DNA of 64,000 nt, taken from NCBI RefSeq assembly GCF_009914755.1, contig NC_060935.1; one strand, 5' to 3'. This document shows, piece by piece, positions 41,293 to 56,552 of this stretch. Position numbers and translations under genes: made by a program. Below the pieces are notes generated by a model. It was not told the DNA's origin. It did no database searches and saw only the letters and a list, made by a program, of their open reading frames with translations. Position 1 is the stretch's first letter. The number at the start of each line of letters is the position of its first letter. The DNA is from the human T2T-CHM13v2.0 reference genome, Homo sapiens.

Positions 41293-41551
41293 AGTGAGTG
41301 CTGAGGGACGGTAGGGAGCCTTGTTTTGTTTCCTCCTCAGGACAAACAGGAGAGTGAGCTGGGCAGATGGGAGGAGACCAATGTGCAAACTATCCGCTCA
41401 GCAGAGTGTGGAGTTTCTGTTCCTGGTTGTGCTGGGGGTCTCAGAAATCTACTTCAAAATTTTGCTACCCTCCCCAACTGGTTGTCCTTTTCATAGACAT
41501 CTCACCCACGATAGCAGGGAATGAGTCCCTCTAAACTATTCCTTCAGGAAT

Positions 41552-44103
41552 AGTAAGAGCCAGCCCCTCTTCCTACCCTGGATTTTAGGACCCCCATCGC
41601 TGGGGGGTGAGGCACCCCCCGCGATGCGGGGAGTAAGAGCCAGCCCCTCTTCCCCCCCTGGTTTTTAGGATCCGCAGTGGACTCACAGCCTGTTTACCAC
41701 ATTGTGAGTAATATCATCTCCCCTCTGGAAATAATGAACTATTTCACAGACGGGTGTACACCCGTCTGTATTGGGAGTAATATCATCCTCGTCCTCCCTG
41801 AATATTAAGAACAGTATCACAGCGGTGTTTCTACTCCCTGCGATATTGGGTATCATATCCTCCTCTCCCACGTTGCAATTAGAGACAATATCAGTGGGGG
41901 CGTGTCCACCTTCTGTGATATTTAAAGTAATATCATCCTCTTCCCTCCAGGATCATGGGAACAATATCCCTGGGGGGTGTACACTTTCTGCGATATATGT
42001 AGTCATATCACCCCCTCTGCCTTGGAATATTACGAAGGACCATCTCACACGGGGGTGTACACTTCCTGCGATATTGGGAGTAATATCAACCTCTCGGCCT
42101 CTTAATATGAGGAAGAATATCACAGGGTGGGTGTACACCTCCTGCTCTATTATGGGGAGTCATATCTATCTATTATGGGGAGTAATATCATCCTCTCCCT
42201 TTCAGGATATTAATAACAATATCACAGGCTGGGTGAACACAGCCTACGATGCTGGAATTATTGTCACCCTCTCCCCCTCGGGATACTAGGAACAATATCA
42301 CAGAAGAGGTGTACACTCCCTGCGATATTGGGAGTAATATACTCTTCTTCCGTGAATATTAGGAGCAATATCACCGGGTGGCTGTGCATTGATTGCTGTG
42401 TTGGCAGTCATGTCATACTCCACCCACTGGATATTAGGATCAGTGTCACAGGGTGAGTGTACACCTACTGCGATATGAAAACTAATATCATGCTCTCCAT
42501 CCCTGGATATTAGGAACAATATCACAGGTAGGTGTACACCCCCTGCGGTATTAGGAATAACAATATTATGAATTATTAAACATCAGTCTCATTAATGATT
42601 ATCAATGGTAATATTAATTAATAGTATAACGTTATTAGTCATTAATGATTATTTTAAAGATATGATTATGCATGATTAAAATAATTCTTACTATTAATGC
42701 CATTTTAAAAAATATTAGTTATTAATATTAATATTAATCATTGTTTTATTACCAACATCACTTATGATGGATTTAAGTAACATTAATTACTGATATTATT
42801 ATTTTATTATTAATATTGATGTTGCTATTATTAATTGTAATCATTAATATTTTTAATCCACATTAAGTTTTACTGTCTCCACTGTAGTTATTAATATCGA
42901 TGATTACTATTAATTGTTATTATACTTATTAATATTAATAATTAATAAAACTGTTCCCGATATCTGTGGGGGAGAAGATATGTCTCCCAATATCGCAGAA
43001 AGTGTACACCCCTCTATGATGTTACTCCTAATAGCCAGGGGGTAGAGGATGACATTATGGAAAATAGCGCAGTGGGTGTACATCCCTTCGGTCATGTTGT
43101 TCCGAATATCCTGTGTGGGAGCGGATGTTACGACTCCCAAAATCGCAGTGGGCGGAGACCTCCCCCGTGATACTGTTCGGAACATCCAAAGGTGGAGAGG
43201 ATGATATTTCTTCCAATTTCGCCGGGGGTGCACACCACCCCTGTGATATTGATCCTAATATCCAGGGGGCGAGAGGATGATATTAGTCTGAATATTGCAG
43301 GAGGTGTACACTCCCTAGGGATATTGTTCCTAATATCCAGGGACAGAGAGGATGATATCACTCCCAATATAGCAGGGGGTGTACACCCCTTGTGTGACAT
43401 TGTTCCTAATAGGCAGCGGGGGAGAGGAAGATATCACCCCCAATATCGCAGAGGGTGTGCACACCCTTGTGACATTGTTCCTTCTATCCTGGGAGGGAGA
43501 GGAAGATACTAGCGGCAATGTCGCAGGGGCTGTACACACCCACTGTGATATTGTTCCGAATATCTGGAGGGGGAGAAAATGATGTTACTTCCAATATCGC
43601 AGGGGGCGTACATGCTCCTGAGATATTGTTTCTTAGGTTCAGGGGAAGAGGATGATATTACTGCCAATATCGCAGGGGTTGTACATACCTCCCGCGATGC
43701 GGGGAGTAAGAGCCAGCCCCTCTTCCCCTCCTGGCTCTTAGGACCCCCATCGCAGGGGGCTGAGGCACCCTCCGCGATGCGGGGAGTAAGAGCCAGCCCC
43801 TCTTCCCTCCCTGGCTCTTAGGAACCCCATCGCAGGGGGTTGAGGCACCCCCCGCCATGCGGGGAGTAAGAGCCAGTCCCTCTTCCCCCACTGGCTCTTA
43901 GGACCCCCATCGCAGGGGGGTGAGGCACCCCCGCGATGCGGGGAGTACAAGCCAGCCCCTCTCCCCCCATGGCTCTTAGGACCCCCATCGCAGGGGGGTG
44001 AGGCACCCCCCGCGATGCGGGGAGTACAAGCCAGCCCCTCTCCCCCCATGGCTCTTAGGACACCCATCGCAGGGGGGTGAGGCACCCCCCGCGATGCGGG
44101 GAG
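41552..44103. repeat. Satellite cassette 2: GC(+) / SATR(+) / AT block / SATR(-) / GC 79-bp x~5 (+)
   Basis: Orientation of gatattaggaac/cctctcccc reverses after ~42900 and again at ~43682. Confidence 0.85.
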
Positions 44104-46087
44104 GGCTGAGACTGGGGTCTGGGCTGTTCTGGACTTCAACACTCACCCCTTGTCCCCACGCAGGGCTATGGCGTGTGCTCGGTGGGGCTGGAGCGGCTTG
44201 CTTACCTCCTCATGGCTTACAGCCTGGGCGCCTCAGTCGCCTCACTCCTGGGCCTGCTGGGCTTGTGGCTGCCACGCCCGGTGCCCCTCGTGGCTGGAGC
44301 AGGGGTGCACCTGCTGCTCACCTTCATCCCCTTTTTCTGGGCCCCTGTGCCTCGGGTCCTTCAACACAGCTGGATCCTCTGTGTGGCAGCCACCCTTTGG
44401 GGTGTGGGCAGCACCCTGAACAAGACTGGACTCAGCAGTGAGTATAGCTGTGGGCACTGGGGGGGGCGGGGCAGGGGGCTTTATGGCTATCTGTGGGTGG
44501 TTGGCTAGACATAGACATCCCAGGGACACATATTGGGTCCCATGGTCACATAGGGTCCTGTGGACATGGCAGAGGCCGGTGGGGCTTCCTGTGGACACTG
44601 CAGGGGTGGAAGGGAAGTCTCATGGACACACTGGGGGCAGATGGGTAGGTCGTGGACACCCTGGAGACAGGTGTGGGGGTTCCACGCCATGGACATTCCA
44701 TTAATACCCCAGGGCAGGCACAGGGCCCCATCAACACTGGAGGGTCAGTGTGAAATCTCGTGGCTACACGGGGCAGGTGTGGGGTTCTGTGGACACCCCT
44801 TAGGGACAGTGTGAAAAACACATCAGGGATTCTCCCTTTTCATACCAGGGGACAGGGCTTACCCTGGCATTGTTTTCGTGACACTTGGAGCAGATGTTTT
44901 GGTCTCTGCCTCATGGAGCATGTGGTAGGAGCAAGTGGCCTGTTGTACATCCACGGCATAGATACAGACATGGGCCTTTGTATAGAGAGGAGCAGGCCTG
45001 CAGCCCCAACCCAGTCTGCTCAGTACCAGAGTCCAGGCCTCAGTTCTGGGCTGCTGGGGAACAGGGCCCTCTTTGCAGAAGGCAGCGGGTGGGCCCATGT
45101 TCAGCTCCAGGATGTTCCCTGCCCACAGATGGGCACACGCAGTGACACACAGCTAGCACACACGGGCACAGTCCTGCGGGGCATCCATGTCAGTGTCTGT
45201 TCTGATGGGCCGAAGCTATGAACAGTTTTGAACGTCATCCTTGGGGGTGTGGGGTGGCAGAGGTCATACCTGCTGCTGGCAGGGCAGAGGCTGACTGGGT
45301 GTCTCTGCCTGTAGCAGGGGCTGGAGCCTCATACTGCACCACAGTCTCTTGGCCGTTTTGCTCAATGATAGCCAATTCTGGGCAGAGTCCAACCTGGGTA
45401 TCTTGGACCCATGTTGTGCCCTGTCTGGTCATGGCATCCCCTCTGCCCAGCTCCATATCCCATCTCCACAGGTGAACCCTGGGGGATCCTTGTCTCTTCA
45501 TAGCAGCACTGTGGGGGTAAAGTCACCCTGCAAGGCCCCAAGACAGGAGTGTTCATGTCCTGAGTGCCTGGTGAAGGTGTTTATAGTGGCCCCTATGATC
45601 TGGCAGGTGCCATGCCCTCTTTCTCACTTTAGAACTTCAGAACACAGCACACAATAGGCATAAGCTCATCTCACCATTGGGAAAAGCAGCTCTGGGGAGT
45701 TAAGTACCCAAATCACCCACGGAGCCAACATTACAGTCCTGAGAATGAGTGTGCATCTTCTGACTCCCAATCCATTACTCTTGCTGCCCACCCTGGGAGG
45801 ACTCACTGGAAAGGAAGCCCCCCTCTCCATGCTTAGCTTCAGGTTTGATTTGCAGAGTTGGCAGCTGCAAACAGTTCGATCTCTCTAGTCCCGGCTGAGG
45901 AGGAGAAACAGCGCCTGCAAGCTTGGCACTGTACACCTGGGGTTGGGGACAGGACATGACTAAGCACAGAGCTTTCTTCTTTTGAGGCCACGCATGTGGT
46001 GCGGAGCGGGACCACCTGCAGCCACACAGCCCGGCGCACCTGCTCCTACTTCTGCTTAGCGTGTGAGCAGTGTGGTGACCAGGGTCT

Positions 46088-46101
46088 CCACCAGGGGGCA
46101 G
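46088..46101 (+). promoter_or_regulatory. Candidate CTCF core motif CCACCAGGGGGCAG
   Basis: Near-consensus match; binding untested. Confidence 0.5.
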
Positions 46102-46757
46102 GCCAGGACCGCCTCACAGCACTTTCTAGGCGCTCTCTGGTCCCGGGCTGGGACACATACAGGGCTTAGTAAAGTTCGTAGATGGTAGCTCGGCAGCCCC
46201 AGGCCCCAGGTGACACCTCTCCCCTGCCTGCCCTGTACTGCCTGCCTGCAGCACTCCTGGGAGTCTTGTACGAAGACAAGGAGAGACAGGACTTCATCTT
46301 CACCATCTACCACTGGTGGCAGGCTGTGGCCATCTTCACTGTGTACCTGGGCTCGAGCCTGCACATGAAGGTGAGACTGGGCAGGGTTGGGGGCCCCATG
46401 CCGAATGACAGATACTTCCTTAGCCCCTGCCCTGGCTTCACAGCTTCCTAAACGCCACCCCTTCCCAAGCCAGTCTCTGGGCCAAGGCCCCATTCCTGCA
46501 GCCCACTGGGTGGCCCCCAACTCAGCACCTCACTTACTGGCCCACCTCCAGCCAGTCTCAGTTTGCCCATCTCTGAGGGGATTTGTGGGTGCATCACAGC
46601 CATCCTGTGGGCTGTTTGGTACCCTGTTCTCCAGATGTTGGGTCTGTCTCCCTTCATGGCCTGAACGGGAGCAGGCTTCTCATGCTCTGCTCCCAAAAGA
46701 TGGTGGCTCGGTCTAGCAAGTCCCAGTTGCTAAACATTTTTTAAAAATAGAACTAAA

Positions 46758-47735
<978 letters not shown>

Positions 47736-48049
47736 AGAGCAGGAAGTATGCATACAGATATGTGTGTATGTCCTGAGCTATGGTGTAAAATCATTCCTGA
47801 CTGCGGATTATAGTCAAAACCCCATGAAGAGCATCACTACAGCCCACGGGTGTGTCAGGGACACAGTGTTGTGAGCCCTGGGAAGGCAGGGCCTGTGTCC
47901 AGCACTTTATCAACACTGGCGCATGCACCCTATGAGGCGAAGGGATTTGTATTGTTCCCTTACAGCGTGGGACACTGAGGTCGCCAGGGGCATGACGACT
48001 GTAAGGGACAGTGCTGGATGTGAGCCTCGCCTGCAGGAGGCGGTCCAGG

Positions 48050-49400
48050 AAGCGTGGATGGAGGGGCTGGAGAAGTTGAGGGCCGCGTGGCCCGGGAGGC
48101 TCCCGGAGGAGGGAAGGGCCTATCTCAGCGAGGGGCATAGGCGGGGAAGGTGCGGGGCGAGGCGGCCGCGGCTCCCTGGCATCCCTCTCCTTACCCCCAG
48201 GCTAAGCTGGCGGTGCTGCTGGTGACGCTGGTGGCGGCCGCGGTCTCCTACCTGCGGATGGAGCAGAAGCTGCGGCGGGGCGTGCGCCAGCCCCGCATCC
48301 CGTGGCCCCAGCACAAGGTGCGCAGTTACCGCTACTTGGAGGAGGACAACTCGGACGAGAGCGACGCGGAGGGCGAGCATGGGGACGGCGCGGAGGAGGA
48401 GGCGCCGCCCGCGGGGACCAGGCCTGGTCCCGAGCAGGCTGGACTCGGCCGCCGGCCCTGCCCGTAGGAACAGGCGCAGGGGGGCGACTGGCCAGAGGAG
48501 CAGTGAGGGGTCGCCTGGTCCACGGACTCAGCCTCCCTCCTCGCCGGCCTTAGTTTACCACTTCTTAGGTCGGGGGGACCCCCTCCGAGTCCCGCGCTGT
48601 CTTCAAAGGCCCCTGTCTCCCGTCCCCCACGTTGGGGACGCCCCTCCCAGAGCCCAGGTCACCTCCGGGCTTCCGCAGCCCCCTCCAAGGCGGAGTGGAG
48701 CTTTGGGAACCCCTCGGCCAAGCACAGCGGTTCGAAAATACAGCTGAAACCCAGCGGGCCCTTAGCACGCGCCCCAGCGCCGGAGCAGGGTCAGGGTCTT
48801 CTTGCGACCCGGCTCCGCTCCAGATCCCCCCAGCTCTCGGCGGCGGACCCGGGCCGCGTGTGAGCGCGCTTTGCACCTCCTATCCCCAGGGTCCGCCGAG
48901 AGCCACGATTTTTTACAGAAAATGAGCAATAAAGAGATTTTGTACTGTCCTGACTGGGGAGTCCCAGGCCGCGGGGGACGGAGCGCCCCTGGGATGCACG
49001 CCCGGCTGGCCCGGCCTCTGGGCGCGGTGGTGACAGGCCCTGACCTAGGGGGACCGCAGGGTGTGGGGAGTGCGGCGCCCTACTGGGGGCGGGGCGAGGT
49101 GTCCGTAGGCCCCGCCCACCAGCCCTTCCTCCCTCCTGAGGCCCCGCCCCCCCATACCTGCCTGCCTTTGCCAGCCCCAGCCAGGAGAAGGGAGCGGCGG
49201 AGCGGCTGGCAGAGACAGAGGAGGGTGTGACGGCGTTGCTGGTCCCCCATGGGTCCAGAGGGCGAGACAGACTCCCGAGGCACACCCTCCAGGGGCCCTC
49301 GGCCCTCCAGCGACCATCCCCGAGTCGGACAGGGTCCACTTCCGAGCCACGGTGGGGTCACCCTGTGCCCAGTAGGGGCCTTGGAAGTGGTGGTTGGAGG
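48050..49400. promoter_or_regulatory. CpG-island-like region over the UNC93B last exon and downstream flank
   Basis: Visibly high GC and CpG density (not computed). Confidence 0.65.
48928..48933 (+). terminator. AATAAA polyadenylation signal of the UNC93B fragment
   Basis: ~420 nt past the ancestral stop TGA 48504-48506. Confidence 0.7.
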
Positions 49401-49932
49401 CCAGGTACGCTCGGTTACTACCCTTTCCCTGCTACAGCCTCAGCTGCGATGCCCACGAGAAACAGGCTGGTGGAGGGGCAGACCCCCTACAAGGCCTGAA
49501 GGTGCCGTTCCTCCACCCGCTCCTCTTGTGGCCAGAGGAGAGGGACACCCCCGCCATGAAGAGCTCTGAACGGTTGGGTGAGGACAAGTGGGGGCCGTGG
49601 GAGGGCCATGGAGCCCCCAGCTGCACCCCAGCAGGCCCGGGGCTGGTCCACACCATTCCTCACTCTCCACAGCCTCTCTACCCCTGACTTTGGCGAGACC
49701 CTCGTCCGTACCTCCAGGCTCCATGCCTGCCTCAGCATCGCTCTATGGATTCTCCCAGCCCTAAACTGGCCCCATCTCTCCTCTCTGTCCTCATGTGAGT
49801 TTGGTTCTTGAAGCCTCTAGTGGTCCCTGGGGCCAGACTCTGTGGCCTTGGACAGGGAGTCTCCCATCTGAGCCACAGGTTCCTTCTCTGTTGAGTGTGT
49901 GAGGGAACATGTTGGAGCCCTTAGTGTGGCGG

Positions 49933-52491
49933 CTAAGAGCCAGGGGAGGATAGGGTCTGGTTTTTACTCCCCGTACCCCGGGTGGGGTCTCACCCCCCTG
50001 CGATGGGGCTCCTAAGAGCCAGGGGGGAGAGGGGCTGGCTCTTACTCCCCGTATCACAGGAGGTGTGTACAACCCCTGCGATATTGGGAGTAATGTCATC
50101 CTCTCCCCCTGAATATAAGAAACAATATCACAGGAGGATGTACACCCCCCGCGATATTGGAAGTAACATCATTTTCTCCCCCTCCGGATATTCGGAACAA
50201 TATCACAGTGGGTGTGTACAGCCCCTGCGACATTGCCGCTAGTATCTTCCTCTCCCTCCCAGGATAGAAGGAAGAATGTCACAAGGGGGTGTACACCCCC
50301 TGCGATATTGGCTGTAATATCTTCCTCTCCCCCGCTGCCCTTTAGGAGCAATGTCACACAAGGGGTGTACACTCCCGGCTATATTGGGAGTGATATCATC
50401 CTCTCCGTCCCTCTATATTAGGAACAATATCCCTAGGGAGTGTACACATCCTGCAATATTCAGACTAATATCATCCTTTCGCCCCCCTGGATATTAGGAT
50501 CAATATCACAAGGGTGGTGTGCACCCCCGGCGAAATTGGAAGAAATATCATCATCTCCACTTTTGGATGTTAGGGACAGTATCTCGTGGGAGGTGTCCGC
50601 CTGCTGCGATATTGGGAGTCATATCATCCGCTCCCACCCAGGATATTAGGAACAAGATGACCGAAGGGATGTACACCCACTGTGCTATTTTCAATAATGT
50701 CATCCTCTACCCCCCGGCTATTAGGAGTAACATCATAGAGGGGTGTACACTTTCTGCGATATAGGGAGTCTTATCTTCTCTCCCACGGATATCGGGAACA
50801 GTTTTATTAATTATTAATATTAATAAATAATAAAAAATTAATAGTAATCATCAATATTAATAATTACAGTAGAGACAGTAAAACAGTACAGATGAAAAAT
50901 ACTAACAGGTGAGGCCCCCGCGATGCGGGCAGTCATATCACCCCCCTCTGGATATGATGATTCACGTCGCAGGGGGGCGGGCGCCCCTGCGATGCGGGGA
51001 GTCATATCACTCCCCCTCTCCCACCCTGGATATGACGATCCACGGTGGTCACACAGCGTGTTCACGTTATTGTCAGTAATATCTTCCCCGCCTCTGGAAA
51101 TTACCAACTATGTCACAGATGGGTGCACATCCTCTGCGCTCTTTGGAGTAATAGCATCCTCTTTCCCCTTGATATTAAGAACAATATCACAGGAGTGTTT
51201 TTACCCCTAGGGGCATTCCGTGTAGTATCATCCTCTCCCAAGTTGAAATTAGGAACAATATCACTGGGGGCGTGTCCACCCTGTGCGATATTGAAAGTAA
51301 CATCATCCTCTTCTCTCCTGGATCATGGGAACCATATCACTGGGGTTGTGTACACTTTCTGCGGTATTGGGAGTAAGATCATCCTCTCCGCCTTGGAATA
51401 TTAAGGACCATATCACAGTGGGGCTGTACACACCCTGTGCTATGAAGACGAGTATTATCCTCCCCTGCCCTGCACATTGGAAAAAATATCACAGAGTGAG
51501 TGTACACCTCCTGCGATGGGGGGGTGATATCATCTTCTCTTCTTCTGGATAATAGCAACAATAATACACGGGTTTGTACACTTTCTGTGATATTGGGAGT
51601 AATATCAACCTCTCCACCTTTGAATATTAAGAACAATATCACAGACTGGATGTACACCCCCTGCGACATTGGGAGTCATATCAGCCTCTCCTCTCCGTGG
51701 ATATTAGGAATAATATCTCAGGATGGGTGTACACCTCCTGCTGTATGGGGAGTCATATCGTCCTCTCCCTTCCTGGCTGCTAGGAACAATATCAGAGGGT
51801 GGGTGTACACAGCCTTCGACATTGCGAGTAATATCACCCTCTCCCCCTCCAGATATTAGGAACTATGTCACAGAAGGGATGTACACTTCCTGAGATACTG
51901 GGAGTAATAGCATTCTCTTCTTCCGGGAATATTAGGAGGAATATCACCGGGTGGATGCACACCCACTGCTATCTTGGGAGTAACGTCATACGCCACCCCC
52001 TGGAGATGATATTCAGATCAATATCACCGGGTGGGTGTACACCTACTGCAATATTGAACGTCATATCATGCTCTCTCCCTCCCTGGACATTAGGAACAAT
52101 ATCACAGGTGGGTGCACACCCACTGAGGTATTAGGGATAATATTCATATTAATTCTTCCTCATTTATTAACATGAATATGTATTACCAATATTAATATTA
52201 AGAAATCATTGCTAAAAATAGTGTTCATATTATTAATATTAATGTTAATTATTAGGAGCTAATATGACAGTTTTCTAATGAATAAGATCAATATCACTCT
52301 TTAAGACCAGGCGTCATTAATCATTAATATTAATGATTTATTGTTATCGTGAGTATAACTCTTTAATACGAATTATCATTATTATCGGTATTGATTTTAA
52401 GAATTATATGATCAGTTATTAATATTGATAATTATCAGTATCAATTAATAATTGAGATTATTAATTGCGGTAAGTAACATTGCGCCATTGC
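49933..52491. repeat. Satellite cassette 3: GC(-) / SATR(+) / AT block (inverted copy of 42867-~43830), then hybrid GC units / SATR(+) / AT block
   Basis: ORF 50212..50421(+) mirrors 43330..43539(-); AT blocks at ~50800-50885 and ~52137-52470. Confidence 0.85.
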
Positions 52492-55400
52492 ACCCCTCCC
52501 TCGGCAGCTTGTTTACGACCCAAAACGGGGATCCAAATGCCCCTGAGAGCAGCGGCATACTCGGAGAGAGGAGGATGGTCACGTGGTGGAGAGGCGTGTT
52601 TTTGTGTACCAGCCCTTCACCTCTGCCGACCTTCTCAACTGGGAAAACAATACCCAGTCCTAGAGCGAAAAGCCGCAAGCCCTAATTGATTTTCTCCAAA
52701 CTGTTATCCAGACCCACAACCCCACCTGGGCTGATCGCCACCGGTTGCTCATGTTCCTCTTTAAGAGAGATGAAAGGCGAAAGGCGGAGAGGGCTCCACG
52801 CAGCAACTAAGTGGCTAGAGGAACATGCACCAGCTGATTACCAAAACCCCCAAGAGTATGGAAGGACCCAGTTACCAGGAACCCACCCCTAGTTGGACCC
52901 ACATGAAAGAGAGGATATGCAAAGGCTAAACCGAGACAGGGAAGCTCTCTTGGAAGGATTCAAGAGGGGAGCTCAGAAGGCCACAAACGTTAACAGGGTC
53001 TCTGAGGTCATTCAGGGAAAAGAAGAAAGTCCAGCACAATTCTACCAGAGACTGTGTGAGGCCTATGGTATGTATACTCCCCTTGATCCCGATAACCCTG
53101 AAAATCAGCGCATGAGTCACATGGCTTTAGTCCGTCAAAACGCGGAAGACGTTAGAAGACTGCAGAAGCAGGCTGGGCTTGCAGGGATGAATACATCACA
53201 TTGATGAGAAATAGCTAAGCAGGTGTTTGTAAACAGGGATGCAGTAAGCCGCGAGGGAAAGCGCAAAGAGAATGAAGGTCTGGCCCCGTGAAACGCCGAC
53301 CTGTTTGTTAGCTGCAGCAATCAGAGCTGTCCCCCCAAAGAAGCAAGGGAAGGGGGGCCCTGGAAAAGAAACTCAGCTTGGCTGTCAGAGTTTGCAGCAT
53401 AACCAGTGTGCTTATTGTAAAGAAATAGGACAGTGGAAGAACAAATGCCCTCAGCTCAAAAGAAAACAAGGTGACTCAGAGCAGGAGGCCCCGGACAAGG
53501 AGGAAAGGGCCCTGCTCAACCTGGTAGAAGGGTTATTGGACTGAGGGAGACTGGGCTCAAGTGTCCCCAAAGAGCCTCTGGTCAGAATGACAGTCGAGGG
53601 TAAAGACATTGATTTTCTTATAGATACCGGTGCTGAACATTCGCTAGTAACCGCCCCGGTCGCCCCCTTATCCAGAAAGACTATAGACGTCACCGGAGCC
53701 ACGGGGGCTTCAGCAAAGCAAGCTTTCTGCTTGCCTGGGACTTGCACTATAGGAGGACATCAAGTGATTCATCAGTTTTTGTACATGCCTGACTGTCCCT
53801 TGCCCTTGTTGGGAAGGGACTTGCTTAGCAAGCTGAGAGCTGCTCTCTCTTTGACAGAACACAGCTCTTTGCTGTTAAAGTTACCCGCCACGGGAGTCAT
53901 TATGACCCTTACGGTCCCCCGAGAGGAGGAATGGAGAGTTTTCTGAACTGAGGCAGGCCAAGAGAGAAGACCAGCTCTGGCTAAGCGGTGGCCAAGAGTA
54001 CGGGCAGAAGACAACCCACCAGGGTTGGCCAGTTAAGACTGGGTCCCAGCCGCTTAGGCAAAAACAGGACCCGGTCCCCAGAGAAGCTCTTCAAGGTATC
54101 CAGGTCCATCTTAAGCACCTAAGAACTTTTGGTATGATAGTTCCTTGTAAGTCTCCACGGAATACTACCCTCCTACCTATTCCCAAACCATGTACCAAGG
54201 ACAGGATTCGCACTTGCTTAGTCAAGCTACTCTGACTTTCCATCCAACAGTACCTAGCCCGTCCACATTGTTGGGGTTGCTGCCAGCTGAGGACGGCTGG
54301 TTCACCTGCTTGGACCTGAGAGACGCTTTCTTTCCTATCAGATTAGCCCTGAGATCCAGAAGCTGTTTGCCTTTCAGTGGGAAGATCCGGAGTCAGGTGT
54401 CACTACTCAGTACACTTGGACCGGGCTTCCCCAAGGGTTCAAGGACTCCCCCACCATCTTCGGGGGGGCGTTGGCTCGAGACCTCCAGAAGTTTCCCAGC
54501 AGAGACCTAGGCTGCGCTTTGCTCCGCTAGGTTGATGAGCTTTTGCTGGGACACCCCACGGCAGTCGGGTGTGCCAAGGGAACGGATTGCCCTACGCCGA
54601 CACCTGGAGGACTGTGGGTATAAGGTGTCCAAGAAGAAAGCTCAGATCTGCCGACAGCAGGTACGTTCCTTGGGATTTACTATCAGACAGGGGGAACGCA
54701 GCCCGGGATCAGAAAGAAAGCAGGTCATTTGCAATCTAGCAGAGCCTAAGAGCAGAAGGCAGGTGAGAGAATTCTTAGGAGCTGTGGGGTTTTGTAGACT
54801 GTGGATCCCAAACTTTGCTGTATTAGCCAAGCCTTTGTATGAGGTCACCAAGGGGGCGGGGACCGGGAACTTTTTGAATGGGGATCCCAACAACAGCAAG
54901 TCTTTCATGAGTTAAAGGAGAAACTTATGTCAGCCCCAGCCCTGGGGCTACCCGATCTGACAAAGCCTTTTTCATCCTATGTGCCAGAGAGAGAGAAAAG
55001 ATGGCAGCCGGACTTTGAACCCAAACTGTGGGGCCCTGGCCGAGGCCGGTGGCCTACCTCTCTAAACAACTAGACTGGGTCTCTAAAGGATGGCCCCTGT
55101 GTTTGGGGGCCTTGGCAGCAACTGCACTGCTAGTACAAGAAGCAAAGAAGCTGACTCTTGGGCAAAACCTGAACAGAAAGGCCCCCCATACTGTGGTGAC
55201 TTTAATGAATACTAAAGGACATCATTGGCTAACGAATGCCAGACTCACCAAGTACCAGACTTTGCTCTGTGAAAATCCCCATATAACCACTGAAGTTTGT
55301 AACACCCTGCCACCTTGCTCCCGCTGTCAGAGAGCCCTGTCGAGCATGATTGTGTAGAAGTGTTGGACTCAGTTGACTCTAGCAGACCTGACATCCGGGA

Positions 55401-56552
55401 CCAAGCTTGGGCATCAGTACACTGGGAACTATACGTGCATGGGAGCAGCTTCATCAACACCTAAGGAGAGAGAGGTGCAGGGTATGCGTGATAACCTGGA
55501 CACTGTTGTTGAAGCCAGATCGTTGCCCCAGGGCACTTCAGCCCAGAAAGCTGAACTCATTGCTTTCATTCGGGCCTTAGAACTCAGTGAGGGTGAGACT
55601 GTCAACATTTACACTGATTCTCGGTACGTCTTTTTAACCCTTCACGTGCATGGAGCGTGATAGAAAGAAAAGGGCCTATTGGACTCTGGGGGAAAAGGCA
55701 CAAAATATCAACCAGAAATCTTCCATGTATTAGAAGCAGTATGGAAACCCCACAAGGTGGCAGTTATGCATTGCAGGGGACACCAGCGAGCTTCCACCTT
55801 GGTGGGCTTGGGGAATTCCCGCGCTGACTCAGAGGCTCAAAAGCAGCATCTGCCCCTTTCCAGGCATCAGTCACAGCTCCTCTGCTCCCTCAAGCACCTG
55901 ATCTTGGACCTGCTTATTCTAAAGAAGAAAAGGACTTTCTCCAGGTAGAGGGAAGGACAAGCGATGGAGGAAGGATGGATTCGGTTACCGGATGGGAGAG
56001 TAGCTGTGCCACAGCTGCTAGGAGCTGCAGTTGTACTTGCTGTGCAAGAAACCACCCATCTAGGTCAGGAGTCACTGCAAAAAGTTGTTAGGCCGGTAGT
56101 TCTACATCTCGCCTTTCTTAGCCCTTGCCAAAACGGTGAGGCAGCGATGTGTCAGCTGCGGACAGCATCATGCGAGGCAAGGTCCAGCCGTTCCACCCGG
56201 CATACAAGCTTATGGAGCAGCCCCCTTTGAAGATCTCCAGGTAGACTTCACAGAGATGCCAAAGTGTGGAGGTAACAAGTATTTACTAGTTCTTGGGCGT
56301 ACCTAATCTGTGTGGGTGGAGGCTTATCTAACATGAACTGAGAAAGCTCGTGAAGTAAGCCGTGTGCTTCTTCGAGATCTGATTCGTAGATTGGGACTGC
56401 CCTTCCGGATCGGCTCAGATAACGGGCCTGCGTTTGTGGCTGACTTGCTACAGAAGACGGCAAAGGTATTGGGGATCACACGGAAACTGCATGCCGCCTC
56501 CCGGTCTCAGAGTTCCGGAAAGGTGGAGTGGATGAATCGGACTATCAAAAAT
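52492..56552 (+). mobile_element. Truncated LTR-less HERV-E-type gag-pro-pol (~4.1 kb), defective, copy 2
   Basis: Same domains and same two breakpoints as copy 1; protease FLIDTGA; additional frameshifts. Confidence 0.9.

Noticed and set aside
41683-43891. Many 60-170 aa ORFs with ILGVISSSP / EDDITPNIAGGVH repeats (also 31-33 kb, 50-52 kb, 56.5-60 kb)
   Set aside because: A ~75-bp satellite period is a multiple of three, giving recurrent open frames; no gene structure
48302-49811. Dense GC-rich ORFs on both strands
   Set aside because: Expected stop-codon scarcity in CpG-island DNA; only the UNC93B frame is recognisable
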